The translations under genes were made by a program, and so were the position numbers. The notes under the pieces were generated by a model. The model did not search any database and had not been told where the DNA came from. It saw nothing but the letters and a program-made list of their open reading frames with translations. From a virus (lineage: Duplodnaviria; Caudoviricetes), in IMG/VR virus record IMGVR_UViG_3300032213_001343, positions 1 to 58,095 of that record: a stretch of DNA of 58,095 nt; one strand, written 5' to 3'. How positions within the stretch are numbered: the stretch's first letter is position 1; each line of letters opens with the position of its first letter. Below, piece by piece: positions 1-9,979 of this stretch.

Positions 1-117
1 AGATTGTAAACGAGGAGTAAATGCTTCTTCTAATGCGATTTTAGCGTTAGCGATAGCAGTTTCACGTACAGCTTTAGCATCAGCAATTGCTTCTTTCAAC
101 AATTTTGAACTTGCCAT
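1..117 (-). CDS. Probable prohead core/scaffold protein (gp22-like), N-terminal part only; runs off the window
   Basis: Manual translation from ATG at 117: MASSKLLKEAIADAKAVRETAIANAKIALEEAFTPRLQS, a helical Ala/Glu/Lys-rich start. It lies downstream of portal and protease, where scaffold and major capsid genes are expected. Not in the ORF track. Confidence 0.65.
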   Translation of the reverse strand, partial: MASSKLLKEAIADAKAVRETAIANAKIALEEAFTPRLQS

Positions 118-264
118 TTGTTTCCTTATTTTATCGGATTTCTGAAGTCATTGTATTTTGTGGACTTCAATAGAATTTTTTTAATTGGCGTTTTGGTCAC
201 TGCTCATATAGGAGAGTATTCATTACCAATGGAAAAACGTATATGAAAATACGTTATTGTATCA

Positions 265-272
265 ATAAATAT
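265..272 (-). promoter_or_regulatory. Putative phage late promoter (ATATTTAT on coding strand)
   Basis: Same motif recurs upstream of many minus-strand genes; here about 150 nt before the scaffold ATG. Confidence 0.55.
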
Positions 273-311
273 ATAAAAGTTTGAGAAAACGTAATTTTTC
301 TAAAGAATTTT

Positions 312-1640
312 TTAGAAAAGATAGATGTAATCAGTATGTTTATCTGATTTAAGTTTTTGGCGAATACGTTCATCTGAACAACCAAAGTGATTAGCTGCCT
401 CTATCATTGAATAAAATTGAACACCTTCGCATTCTATAATTGGAAGTTGTAATTGTATCTTTGAATGAGTTTGTTCATCAAACATATCATCATAACTAAT
501 ATCATTACGATTTACTTTTTTCCAATGACGATATGCAGGATTATTTGATTCAAAATAATTTCTTGCATCGGATTCGGATATTCCTAATTTATCAGCTACC
601 TGCTTTGGGTTTTCAAATGGAACTCCATCAACTTCGTATTTAATTTGTGGTTTTGTTTCCTCACCAATGATTTGCCATTCTTTGTATTTAGATTTAGTTG
701 AACGACATCTTCTCTCAATTTCGGTAGCTACTAATGTATTTGGGTCTATTGAAATTGCTGCTTCTCTAAATGATTTGTATTTCACACCATCTACCACACA
801 TTGATAAGTTCCATCCCATTCAATATCTTCTGCAGCAATATCAGGGTTTCCTTTTACAAATACCAATATGTTTTGATGAACGGATGCTACTTTACGATTT
901 CTTTTAAAATAGGTATCAACAACTCTAGCAGCCTGATGTTGTGAGTTGAATAAAATCATATCATTATAGAAGTGTAATCCAGCTCCTTCACATGCTCTAA
1001 TAGTTTTGTTTACTAACCCTTTATACTTTCCAATTTTGTAATTTCCAGTTACGGATTGTTCTCTAACTTCAGATACTACAACTGCAAAGAATCTATTATT
1101 CTTTAACTTTCGTGCAGCTTTTCCTAAAATACTGAAATATTTCTCATCAAACTTATCATCTTCCATAGTTGATATATCCAAAGGATTATCACTATAAACT
1201 TCTAAATCATAATAAGGTGGGCAAGTAAATACAAAATCATATTCTCCAGTTATTTCCGTATTGATTGTATCTAATACCCCATCACTATCACCCACCATCC
1301 AATTTGGTTTGGTTGATTGCTTTTGATTTTCTTCTATTTGTAATTTGGAAAGGTCTATTCCATCGTATTGATATCCCATTTCAGTTGCCACAATACCTCT
1401 AACACTTCCGCCGGCAAATGGGTCTAATATCATTCCACCTTTAGGAGTAAACCATTGATACATATACTCACAAAGAGTTGCATCGAATATTGAAATTGTA
1501 TTATCTTCCCAAAAACGAGCTCTACTTTCGGCATCTTCTCTACCTAATTCTGATTGAATATTGTAGGTTTGTATCCAGTACCTCTTACGGTCCTGCCATT
1601 CCTTAGTTCGTGTATCTAATATTGAGAAAGGCTTAATCAT
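312..1640 (-). CDS. DNA amino-methyltransferase (N4-C/N6-A type) with three C-terminal NUMOD1-like HTH repeats
   Basis: SAM motif LDPFAGGSVRG and catalytic-like TCPPY. Repeats VDGVKYKSFREAA / VDGVPFENPKQVA / CEGVQFYSMIEAA. Start set at 1640 (MIKPFS) because the track's extension to 1685 crosses a promoter and a hairpin. Confidence 0.8.
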   Translation of the reverse strand: MIKPFSILDTRTKEWQDRKRYWIQTYNIQSELGREDAESRARFWEDNTISIFDATLCEYMYQWFTPKGGMILDPFAGGSVRGIVATEMGYQYDGIDLSKLQIEENQKQSTKPNWMVGDSDGVLDTINTEITGEYDFVFTCPPYYDLEVYSDNPLDISTMEDDKFDEKYFSILGKAARKLKNNRFFAVVVSEVREQSVTGNYKIGKYKGLVNKTIRACEGAGLHFYNDMILFNSQHQAARVVDTYFKRNRKVASVHQNILVFVKGNPDIAAEDIEWDGTYQCVVDGVKYKSFREAAISIDPNTLVATEIERRCRSTKSKYKEWQIIGEETKPQIKYEVDGVPFENPKQVADKLGISESDARNYFESNNPAYRHWKKVNRNDISYDDMFDEQTHSKIQLQLPIIECEGVQFYSMIEAANHFGCSDERIRQKLKSDKHTDYIYLF

Positions 1641-1643
1641 ACT

Positions 1644-1655
1644 CAAATATACGAA
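1644..1655 (-). promoter_or_regulatory. Bacteroidota-type housekeeping sigma promoter -7 element (TTCGTATATTTG)
   Basis: Matches TAnnTTTG; the identical 12-mer occurs at 18388 and 30518. Confidence 0.7.
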
Positions 1656-1680
1656 AAAAGCTTGGAATAACCAAGCTTTT
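1656..1680. terminator. Inverted repeat, probable intrinsic terminator
   Basis: AAAAGCTTGG-aataa-CCAAGCTTTT with a T-run after it on the minus strand, just downstream of the 1709 stop. Confidence 0.6.
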
Positions 1681-1708
1681 ATCAAAAAATATTTTACTTT
1701 TTTATTTT

Positions 1709-2569
1709 TTATTCACCCTCATACTCTGCATCAGCGTATAATCCAGTAATGTACTTATCTTCAATTGCAGCTAGGTTTCTTCTATATGATGCTAATTGTT
1801 CAGTTCCTTTTTTCAAATCTTGCAACATCTTTGCTTTTTTATTTAATTCCTTTTCTGCAAAATACTTAGTAGCCATTGCTTTTTGTGCTGCTTCTAATTC
1901 ATTAACTTTCTTTTGTACCGCCATATATTTTACATACATTTTTGGTACTCTACTAGCTTCATTTACCTTTCCTTCAGGTACACAATTTGGAACTTGTCTA
2001 CCACCCTTATCTTTCATACCAACTTGCTTATATCCTTTCCAACAAGGTGCCGCTTCGTTTACTGATTCGTTATTTTTAAGATTTTTATAGGTTTCTTTAT
2101 AGTAATTTATTAAACCTTGATTTACTACAATAGATTTTTTGATATTTTCTTTTTTATCGTTAGGTAATCGTTTGCTTGTTTTAAGGTCTTGTGCTAATAG
2201 TTTATTTGTTTGTTCTAAATTTCTAATTAACATTAATGTTTCAAATGCTGTATTATCTTCATTTATTACACTTTCGTTTGAATCTCCATATTCGTGATAA
2301 TTAGATGATGCTTGAGAAATGTAGTTTTCTGCTTTAGAAATATGGTCTTGAATCCAAGCTGGTATTTGTTTTTCATCCTCGCCCATTTTAGCTTTCAATT
2401 CAGTTGCCATTTTAATAATGGTATCTATTGAATTATTTGCCATAGAAACTTCGTGGTCTTCGCCTTCTGCTTCATTAACGAATGCGGTTGCAAATGGATT
2501 AGAAACTACTTTACCCATTTCAAATTTACCAAATGCTTTTTGTGATACCAATCCTCCTAAACGAATCAT
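1709..2569 (-). CDS. Putative head/internal protein, modular
   Basis: MIRL N-terminus, repeated VNE/ESVNE linkers, and a CWKGYKQVGMK...VPNCVP module of the kind seen in T4-like phage head-region proteins. Confidence 0.6.
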   Translation of the reverse strand: MIRLGGLVSQKAFGKFEMGKVVSNPFATAFVNEAEGEDHEVSMANNSIDTIIKMATELKAKMGEDEKQIPAWIQDHISKAENYISQASSNYHEYGDSNESVINEDNTAFETLMLIRNLEQTNKLLAQDLKTSKRLPNDKKENIKKSIVVNQGLINYYKETYKNLKNNESVNEAAPCWKGYKQVGMKDKGGRQVPNCVPEGKVNEASRVPKMYVKYMAVQKKVNELEAAQKAMATKYFAEKELNKKAKMLQDLKKGTEQLASYRRNLAAIEDKYITGLYADAEYEGE

Positions 2570-2571
2570 AA

Positions 2572-3120
2572 TTATTTCTTTTTATTTCCTAATCTTTCAT
2601 GCATTGTATCCGTACTGATATCTGCAATCTCATAGTAACGATTTAAGATGTGACCCATATCTTCATATAAAGAATGTAATCTTTCATCCATTGCTTTTGC
2701 TTCAACTGCAAATTTATCAAATGATTTACCCAATTTATCCAATTCTTGCATATTTCTTTTTACAGTCACATTATCGAACCAATCACCACTCTCTCTTAGG
2801 GTCATTTCTTTTGCAGCCTCAACAATAGCACCTAATGTATCAGCTACCTCACTCATATCTGATTTTCTTTTCATTTGGTCTTGAAAAGTATTGTAAGTAG
2901 AAATAATTTCTAAGAAGTGTTTTTTAACTTCGTTTGATAATTTTCTATCTTCTAAATTTTCAGCTAAGCTGAATTTACCATTAACTATCTTTACTTCTTT
3001 CAAGTTAGTTTTACGGATATCATTGTATGCTTTAGATACAGTTGTTCCTTTTGGTGCATCAACTTTTAAGGTTATCTTATTGTTGTGTACAAAATCGTAT
3101 ATGTCAAAATTCTTTGCCAT
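2572..3120 (-). CDS. Hypothetical helical protein in head operon
   Basis: 182-aa ORF tightly packed (2-nt gaps) between the protease and the next gene. Confidence 0.7.
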   Translation of the reverse strand: MAKNFDIYDFVHNNKITLKVDAPKGTTVSKAYNDIRKTNLKEVKIVNGKFSLAENLEDRKLSNEVKKHFLEIISTYNTFQDQMKRKSDMSEVADTLGAIVEAAKEMTLRESGDWFDNVTVKRNMQELDKLGKSFDKFAVEAKAMDERLHSLYEDMGHILNRYYEIADISTDTMHERLGNKKK

Positions 3121-3122
3121 TA

Positions 3123-3719
3123 TTATGCTATTTCAGTTATTATTTCTCTCATTAAATCCTGTGCTTTACAGTACTCACCACAAACATCAGTTCCTATTTG
3201 TTGTAAACCTCTATTAACGGATTCGTTTACAGGCACCATAAATGCACCATGTGTTGATGGATTGGAAACAAAATCCCAACCAATCAATTCAAAGTCATCT
3301 TGAACCTTTACTTTACCTTCTCCAATATTACTTACCGAACCCATACCTCTTGATGAGATACCTAATAGGATTCCAGCTTTTAATAATTCTTTTAAAATAT
3401 TACCAGATGGTGTTGGTAGAATTTCTACTGTACCACACAAATCATCTCCTTCCCAATGTATTTCTCTTACGTTATGAGATACGTTCTTCAAGTTAATTAC
3501 AGTGGAGTCAGGGTGGTCTAATTCACCTAATGCTCTACGTTCTTTAATTAGTACTTCGTATTTCTTAGCTTCTCTCATTAAGATTTCTTTAGGATATACT
3601 CTACCATTTTGGTTTTCAGCAGATGCTCTTTGTAGAACTCCTTTTACTAAGGTTCTTCCTCCTTCATCTTCATTTACCTTACCTTCAAATAGGTTTGTTT
3701 CTATTAAGAGTGATTTCAT
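3123..3719 (-). CDS. gp21: Prohead core protease (T4 gp21-like, peptidase S77)
   Basis: Motifs NQNGRVYP, GELDHP (His), GISSRGMGS (Ser) and WDFVSNPS. Confidence 0.95.
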   Translation of the reverse strand: MKSLLIETNLFEGKVNEDEGGRTLVKGVLQRASAENQNGRVYPKEILMREAKKYEVLIKERRALGELDHPDSTVINLKNVSHNVREIHWEGDDLCGTVEILPTPSGNILKELLKAGILLGISSRGMGSVSNIGEGKVKVQDDFELIGWDFVSNPSTHGAFMVPVNESVNRGLQQIGTDVCGEYCKAQDLMREIITEIA

Positions 3720-3728
3720 TTTATATTC

Positions 3729-4586
3729 TTATTTTTTAGATTCCATTTTATTACGGATTCTAGTAGCTATTGTACCTAATTGTGTTTTATCTACACCTAA
3801 TGCATCAACCACCTGTGCTACTAATTGTAATTTTTGAATATTACTAAGTTTAGCATCTTTAATTTTATCAATAGCCATTCCCAATCTTTGCTTAACTGCC
3901 GATGGAATTGAAGCCTTTGGTAATTCAGTTGCAATATCTTCTTTTACAGATTCGTTAGTTAAGATGTTTACTATTTTAATTAACTCCGAATCACTAACAC
4001 CTTTAGTACTAATACCACTATCTTCTATTATTTTTCTAAGTTTATCAGCGTGGTCTTTTCTAACAGCATCTTTAATTCCTTTATTTTGAAACAACATTGC
4101 TATGGTTTTTAAATTTGCAGCTTCATCTACTTTTTTACCAGCTCTTAAATCTGCTAAATCATCTCCTCCAATATCACCATCTTTATCAACATCTAATTTA
4201 TGCTGTCCACCAGTTAGTTCTTCGTTTTTCTCACCCTTACCATTCCAAGCAGTATCAATTTTGTTAAAGAATTCTTTCTTTTCAGCATCATCCATATCGT
4301 TGATACCTTTACCAGCTTTTTCCAAAGCCTTTTTAAAGAATGTTTGGTATTCTGCTTCTTCTACCATTACTTCTTTAACGATTTCCTTTAATCTATTTCT
4401 AGTTATCATATTTTCTTTTTTATTTGGTAAACCTTTATGTGATGTTGATGCAAAGTCTTTAGCATCTTTATCGGACATTGAATCTGCTGCTTTTTGTACT
4501 TCAGGTGATGGATTTTCCATATCACCCTTTTGAGCTGCATGAACCATTCCCATAAATCTTTGTTGTGCTTTAGATACTGCTGGCAT
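3729..4586 (-). CDS. Putative head protein: DUF3008-like N-terminus, EF-hand-like loop, helical C-terminus
   Basis: MPAVSKAQQRFMGMV...KDFASTSHKGLP; LDVDKDGDIGGDDLADLR; NESVKE linker. Confidence 0.65.
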   Translation of the reverse strand: MPAVSKAQQRFMGMVHAAQKGDMENPSPEVQKAADSMSDKDAKDFASTSHKGLPNKKENMITRNRLKEIVKEVMVEEAEYQTFFKKALEKAGKGINDMDDAEKKEFFNKIDTAWNGKGEKNEELTGGQHKLDVDKDGDIGGDDLADLRAGKKVDEAANLKTIAMLFQNKGIKDAVRKDHADKLRKIIEDSGISTKGVSDSELIKIVNILTNESVKEDIATELPKASIPSAVKQRLGMAIDKIKDAKLSNIQKLQLVAQVVDALGVDKTQLGTIATRIRNKMESKK

Positions 4587-4587
4587 T

Positions 4588-5151
4588 TTATAAAGTTCTT
4601 AATTTTTCAGTTATTCTCATTAACCTTTCTCTGATTTTATATAGGGATGCGTTTGTTCTTTTCCAGTAATCTTCTTTCTTAAGTCCATTTTCTGTCTTAA
4701 TTTTAGAATACCAATTAACAAACTTTTCCATTTCAGAAAGTTGTTTTTGTATATTAGAAACGCCTCTACCAACTTTTGATTTTGGTGAAGAATCTTCTCT
4801 TTTCAATTCTAACCATCTATTTTCTGCAACAATCATCCCACTAACATCCGCAACTTTTGCTTTATCAATATCTTTTACGGATACTGGTTTCATTGGTAGT
4901 GCTTCATCTTTACTAGCCGGCACATCACCCAATGCCCAATCCTTTTCACCTTCTTCCAAATTATCAACAACAGTTCCGCCAGTTACACTAGCTAATCTAT
5001 TGTTTTTCTTTTTGGTTTGACCCGGTTTTGAAAATGCTGCTGGTGTATCGTATCCTGCTACATTTCCAGTTACAGACATTTCATCCAATGTCTTTTTCAT
5101 ATTACGCTCTCTAACGTATTTTCTAATAGCCTCTTTTAATCTAGCTTCCAT
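4588..5151 (-). CDS. Hypothetical head-region protein
   Basis: 187-aa ORF coupled to its neighbours; contains LDEMSVTGNVAGYDTPAAF. Confidence 0.7.
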   Translation of the reverse strand: MEARLKEAIRKYVRERNMKKTLDEMSVTGNVAGYDTPAAFSKPGQTKKKNNRLASVTGGTVVDNLEEGEKDWALGDVPASKDEALPMKPVSVKDIDKAKVADVSGMIVAENRWLELKREDSSPKSKVGRGVSNIQKQLSEMEKFVNWYSKIKTENGLKKEDYWKRTNASLYKIRERLMRITEKLRTL

Positions 5152-6020
5152 TATTTTAGTTTAGATTTAAGTTCTTTAATTAGCTCATACGAAAGCATAA
5201 TTGATGAAACTTGAGAATCGGATACAGTTTTACCCATTTTCATTTTTTCTAAAACTGAAATAGTTTCAGATAATTTAATTGTAGTAACTTTATCTTCCAC
5301 CTTTGCTTTGATAGCTTTCAATTCAGCTACAATGTTTGGAAGTTCAACCGAAACGTAATCTTTGAATTTTGTAGTATTAGTAATATTATTAATATACTCT
5401 TTTAATAGATTTTTTTGAGAATCATCTAAATTTGTATATTTTTTATTAAAAGTTTCTACTAAGATTTTATAGGTTAATAATCTAAGGTCTTTGTCTTGTT
5501 GTTTATAGGTTTCAATCAACTTTTTATCTTCGGTTGGTTGTAGTTTTTGTGAGGGCTTAGATGTAATATTCTCAATTAAAGTAATTTTAGAATTAAAAAT
5601 ATCTTTAATATCATAATTTGATTCTCTTTTAGATTCAAATACTTTATATATAGAAGCTAATACTTTATAGTTAGAAATAGGTGATGATAAGAATTGTTCA
5701 ATATCAAACTTAGCTGAAACTTCTTTAATAAGATTAAATTTCTCTTTTGATAATACCGATTGGTTTAATTTAGCATGTGCATCACATACAGTCTCTACCA
5801 ATCTATCCGCTTTTGTTTCGGAACTATACTTCTCCTTTAATAGTATATCATAAAGACGTAACTCTTTATTTAACTCTGTATTGGGAGCAAAGAACTCTCT
5901 TACGATTGTTTTAGCGGTTTCTTTCTTATCGCCATTAAGAACTTCCAATGTTATTTGTCTTACTAAAAGCTCAAATAACACTCCAGTGTTCTTAAACTTG
6001 GAATGTTTAATTTTTTTCAT
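5151..6020 (-). CDS. Hypothetical helical protein downstream of portal
   Basis: 289-aa ORF with its own late-promoter motif at 6061. Confidence 0.75.
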   Translation of the reverse strand: MKKIKHSKFKNTGVLFELLVRQITLEVLNGDKKETAKTIVREFFAPNTELNKELRLYDILLKEKYSSETKADRLVETVCDAHAKLNQSVLSKEKFNLIKEVSAKFDIEQFLSSPISNYKVLASIYKVFESKRESNYDIKDIFNSKITLIENITSKPSQKLQPTEDKKLIETYKQQDKDLRLLTYKILVETFNKKYTNLDDSQKNLLKEYINNITNTTKFKDYVSVELPNIVAELKAIKAKVEDKVTTIKLSETISVLEKMKMGKTVSDSQVSSIMLSYELIKELKSKLK

Positions 6021-6060
6021 TTAATTACCCTATATTTAATCTACCCTATAAACTAACACA

Positions 6061-6068
6061 TATAAATA
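6061..6068 (-). promoter_or_regulatory. Putative late promoter TATTTATA
   Basis: Recurrent intergenic motif 40 nt upstream of ATG 6020. Confidence 0.6.
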
Positions 6069-6086
6069 TAAACAAATTTTTCTTTA

Positions 6087-7865
6087 TTAAATTTTAGTGT
6101 CATCTAATAGGTTTTTTTCATCTAACATATCAGATTTTTCGTTTAAAACCTTCTTTTTTGATGAAATTCCGTTTATATATTCTCTTGCAAGCTTTTTTGC
6201 ATTTGCATTTAAGTGTCTATCATCTCTCTTTCTCTCCTTATGATTTTCTGCATCTCCCAATGGGTCTCTACCATACGGATGCTTATCTTTACCATAAGTG
6301 TTTCCTTCTTTCGGCCTTCCAACACCTCTATTCAATTCAATTTCAGTTTTAAGTTTACCGATTTCCTCCTCCACATTTTGTGGTTGTGGTGGATTTGCCG
6401 GGTCTTGTCCTTGTTGTTCAATAGAAGTATGTCTAAATCTATCTTTAAGGTCTAATATTACTTTTGCTCTTTCAATATCAACTTCATCTTGTGATAATCC
6501 AAATATGTTATGGTATGACCAATCAGATGATAACATATTAAGTGCTTTTGCATCAGATGCTAATCTAACCTTCTCACTCCATAAATTAACCTTTTCTTGC
6601 TCATAAATTGTAGAAGCGTTAGTAAGTGTTAATTCAAAGTTTGTCATTTCCGAATCTTCTATACCTTGAGCTGCTAAGTGTACAATTGCTATCTTTGTTA
6701 ATTCACTAACAACTGTTCTTTGAATTCTTTCAATGGTTCTTGCGAAACGAACATCTTCTGCTGCTAGAGTTGCTTTACCATTTACGTTCTCATCATACGA
6801 TAAGTAAGCCTTTGGTACTCTTAATGCTGCAAATAATTTACCTCTTAGATATTCAATATCTTCAATAGCTGCGTATTCTAAACCTTGTAGGTTTTCGATA
6901 TTCGTACCACTATCACTACCACGAACAGGTAAGAAGAAATCTTCAGTAAGGTTTTGAATGTTGTATTTTAAATTGTAATCACCAGTTTCCTTATTAACAA
7001 ATGGAGTTTTTTTCATTTTATTAATAATCTTTTGCATATAGTTATCAACTTCTACCGGTGGAATATTACCAATATCAATTTTGAATATTCTTTTTTCAGG
7101 TGCTCTCATAATACGATGAATTAACATCGCATCTTCCATAAGTGATAATTGCTTCCAAATTCTTCTTGCACCTTCTACCATTGATTTACCATAGGGTAAA
7201 AAGTTGGTATCTGATAACATGCGGAAGTGAGCCATTTCATATTGCTCATATTCTTTTTTACCAAATCTATCTAATTCAACTTTATACTTTACATAGTTTT
7301 GATTATTAGGGTCAGTACCTTCTAATCTTTCTACATTGTAAATTGAGTGTGGCATTACATTTATAACACCTTTATTTTCTGCAATTTCTAATGCTAAGAA
7401 AGCATCTCCATATTTTACTAAGTTTCTAACCCAAGGCCATAAATTAAATTCTATGTTCAATATATCATAAAATAAATTATGAAGTAATTCTCTTACGTTT
7501 TCGTTTGTGGATTTAATTTGAAGTACATCACCATATTCGTTCTTAGTTGTACTTTCATCCGCATATATATCTAATGCCGATGATATAATTGGGTCACTAT
7601 CCATAGCATCATAATCTCTAAAAAGTTCTCTACGAACTTGATGGTATGCCATTGATTGAGCACCTTGTTGAGTTTCATAATAAGACCTTTGTAACTTTGT
7701 GTATCTATCTCTAAGATTTACGAAGTTAGTATTATATTGACGGTCTTCAGTATCTACAACTTTTCTCTTACCATCTTTATCAACCGTTACAATTGCATTG
7801 GTTGAGAATAGCTTTTTAAGTCTACCAAAGAAACTTCTGTCATCTAATTGTTGTTCGTCTGCCAT
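6087..7865 (-). CDS. gp20: Portal vertex protein (T4 gp20-like)
   Basis: Signature QLSLMEDAMLIHRIMRAPEKRIFKIDIGN, EDFFLPVRG, IEDIEYLRGKLFAALRVP and EDVRFARTIERIQ. Confidence 0.95.
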   Translation of the reverse strand: MADEQQLDDRSFFGRLKKLFSTNAIVTVDKDGKRKVVDTEDRQYNTNFVNLRDRYTKLQRSYYETQQGAQSMAYHQVRRELFRDYDAMDSDPIISSALDIYADESTTKNEYGDVLQIKSTNENVRELLHNLFYDILNIEFNLWPWVRNLVKYGDAFLALEIAENKGVINVMPHSIYNVERLEGTDPNNQNYVKYKVELDRFGKKEYEQYEMAHFRMLSDTNFLPYGKSMVEGARRIWKQLSLMEDAMLIHRIMRAPEKRIFKIDIGNIPPVEVDNYMQKIINKMKKTPFVNKETGDYNLKYNIQNLTEDFFLPVRGSDSGTNIENLQGLEYAAIEDIEYLRGKLFAALRVPKAYLSYDENVNGKATLAAEDVRFARTIERIQRTVVSELTKIAIVHLAAQGIEDSEMTNFELTLTNASTIYEQEKVNLWSEKVRLASDAKALNMLSSDWSYHNIFGLSQDEVDIERAKVILDLKDRFRHTSIEQQGQDPANPPQPQNVEEEIGKLKTEIELNRGVGRPKEGNTYGKDKHPYGRDPLGDAENHKERKRDDRHLNANAKKLAREYINGISSKKKVLNEKSDMLDEKNLLDDTKI

Positions 7866-7873
7866 AATTTATT

Positions 7874-8311
7874 TTACCATTTTCTACAAGACCAATATCT
7901 TGCTTTTGTTCTAGGACCAGGATTTTCACAATTGTGTCTTGCTCTAAATGATTTTTTTCTTTCAGGATTTGATTTTTTAATACTCATTCCCTTTTGTCCA
8001 AAGTTTACCTTAATTACTTTTCCTGTTTTTGGGTTTTTAACATAAACTTTAAACTTCTTAACATCCCCTTGTGATGGTTTACCCAATTTTACTTCTCTAC
8101 CCTGATATTCTGCTTCATAAACACAATTACAATTTGCTTCTTCTAATTGAGTTGAATAACTTTTTAAGAAGTTTATGAAATCATCCATATCTTCTTGCTC
8201 AACATCCAATTCATCATAATCATCAATTGGATTGTCAGTAGGAGTATCACCTGCTGTGTAAGCTTGGTCTACATACTCATCTTCTTTTAGGATATTAGCT
8301 AATTTAATCAT
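7874..8311 (-). CDS. Conserved phage protein (DUF6321-like C-terminus) with MIKLxxILKE N-terminus
   Basis: KKFKVYVK...VNFG...RKKSFRARHNC...ARYWSCRKW; acidic N-terminal half. Confidence 0.7.
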   Translation of the reverse strand: MIKLANILKEDEYVDQAYTAGDTPTDNPIDDYDELDVEQEDMDDFINFLKSYSTQLEEANCNCVYEAEYQGREVKLGKPSQGDVKKFKVYVKNPKTGKVIKVNFGQKGMSIKKSNPERKKSFRARHNCENPGPRTKARYWSCRKW

Positions 8312-8374
8312 TTACTTTTAATTTTTATTTTGGCATATACCATAAATATCGTAATTTATCAAAACACTACTATT

Positions 8375-9979
8375 TTATAACCATTGAGATAAATCTTCAT
8401 ATTCATCACCTATTTTCATTTTCCAAGGATTATCTTCCATACTACTACCACCATATACCCCTTCGTGTTGCATGTTTGATGAAATACCTCCTATTGCTCG
8501 TTTCGTAAGGTCAATACCTTCTTGTCTTAAACGAAGTGCGGTATCTCTAACCCACAATCCAATACAAAACGCCATTACTAAGTCATCGTTATAACCCTTC
8601 ATAGCTTCAGCCCTACCATTCATAAATATAAATGTAAACAATTCATCTATCAAACGATTGGAACGAATTACAACGGATTTTTCTCTAAAGTATTCATCCA
8701 ACTTAGATACAATTAATGGTCTAGTCTTAGATGTAGTTGAAAATCCAGCTACCATTTGTCTTTCATCTGCACGATATTTGTTTCGCATTTGATTTTCAAC
8801 ATCTACATATTTCAAATCCTTACTCATATAGAATAAGTTTTTGTATTGTCTATCTATTACTTGCTGAATACAAGCCCACCCAATATTTGCGTTTTCTATT
8901 ACAAGTAATGCGTCATTATATTGAGTAGATAATTCAACTAAGAAGTTTCCAAAGTCTTTAGTATCAACCTTTCCTTTATACTCTGCTACTTGTGTAGCGG
9001 TTGTTATATCCATAACATGTGCTGCGGAATAATCCGAACCATCACCTCTGGCCACATCCGCAATAACCATATAAGAACTACCTGCTTTCGGATATTCCCA
9101 CCTCCAAAGATTACCATCAAATCCAGTCTTTTCTAATGGGTCTTGACAATATGATTCTTTATAGAACATTAATAATTCTGGGTCAATAACCGTATCACCA
9201 GAAGATACAAAGTCACAATCACATTCCTGTGCTGCTTTCTTTGGTCCTAATAATTTTTCTTGCTCAGCTCTCCAGTCATCACCTCTTTCAGGATGTAGAG
9301 TCCAATGTAATTTTATTGTATTGAATGGATTAGAACCTTCTTCGGCCGATAACCAAGTTTTATGAAACCAGTTACCCACACCATTTGGAGTAGAAAGGGC
9401 AATACAAGCTCCACCCGTTGAAAGTGTTGATTGTGCAGATGTCCAAATTTCATCGATATCACCAATGAAGGCGGCCTCATCAAATATTAAAAGTGATAAT
9501 GCTTCAGAACGTCCAGCATCAGGAGATGATGCAATAGCCTTAATTTGAGAGCCGTTTTGTAATTTTAAGGATAGTTTATTATCTTCCAAAGAACCTCCCT
9601 TAAGCCAACTAGGAAGTAACTCATGCATTACTCTTACCTTAGTTACTAAGTTCTTTGCTACATCTTGCTTAGTTGCAATAACCAATACGTTAAAATCGGT
9701 ATTGAATAACATTCTCCAAAGTGCGTATCCAGCTGAAAGAGTTGAGATACCAGTTTGACGTGATTTAAGTACTATATTAAAACGATTTCCTGCAAATTGA
9801 GTTAGGGTACTCTCTTGAAATGGAAAAAGGTGAAACGGAATTTTACCTCTCACCGGATGCTGAATCATACAATACTTTTTCATAAAGTGAATAGGGTCTA
9901 CCGCACACTTTTTGTATTCATCAGCTATAATTTCCTTTAAAGATTTCTTTTGTGTAATTCCAGTACTCATATTAATCAA
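8375..9979 (-). CDS. terL: Terminase large subunit (T4 gp17-like)
   Basis: LFPFQ, KSRQTGIS (Walker A), LLIFDEAAFI (Walker B), LSTPNG, nuclease ADVARGDGSDYS and NDDLVMA. The start may be 9970. Confidence 0.96.
   Translation of the reverse strand: MINMSTGITQKKSLKEIIADEYKKCAVDPIHFMKKYCMIQHPVRGKIPFHLFPFQESTLTQFAGNRFNIVLKSRQTGISTLSAGYALWRMLFNTDFNVLVIATKQDVAKNLVTKVRVMHELLPSWLKGGSLEDNKLSLKLQNGSQIKAIASSPDAGRSEALSLLIFDEAAFIGDIDEIWTSAQSTLSTGGACIALSTPNGVGNWFHKTWLSAEEGSNPFNTIKLHWTLHPERGDDWRAEQEKLLGPKKAAQECDCDFVSSGDTVIDPELLMFYKESYCQDPLEKTGFDGNLWRWEYPKAGSSYMVIADVARGDGSDYSAAHVMDITTATQVAEYKGKVDTKDFGNFLVELSTQYNDALLVIENANIGWACIQQVIDRQYKNLFYMSKDLKYVDVENQMRNKYRADERQMVAGFSTTSKTRPLIVSKLDEYFREKSVVIRSNRLIDELFTFIFMNGRAEAMKGYNDDLVMAFCIGLWVRDTALRLRQEGIDLTKRAIGGISSNMQHEGVYGGSSMEDNPWKMKIGDEYEDLSQWL

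Noticed and set aside
8375-9979. Intein or intron in terminase, portal or primase
   Set aside because: Lengths are normal, motifs are contiguous and no splice-junction motifs are visible.
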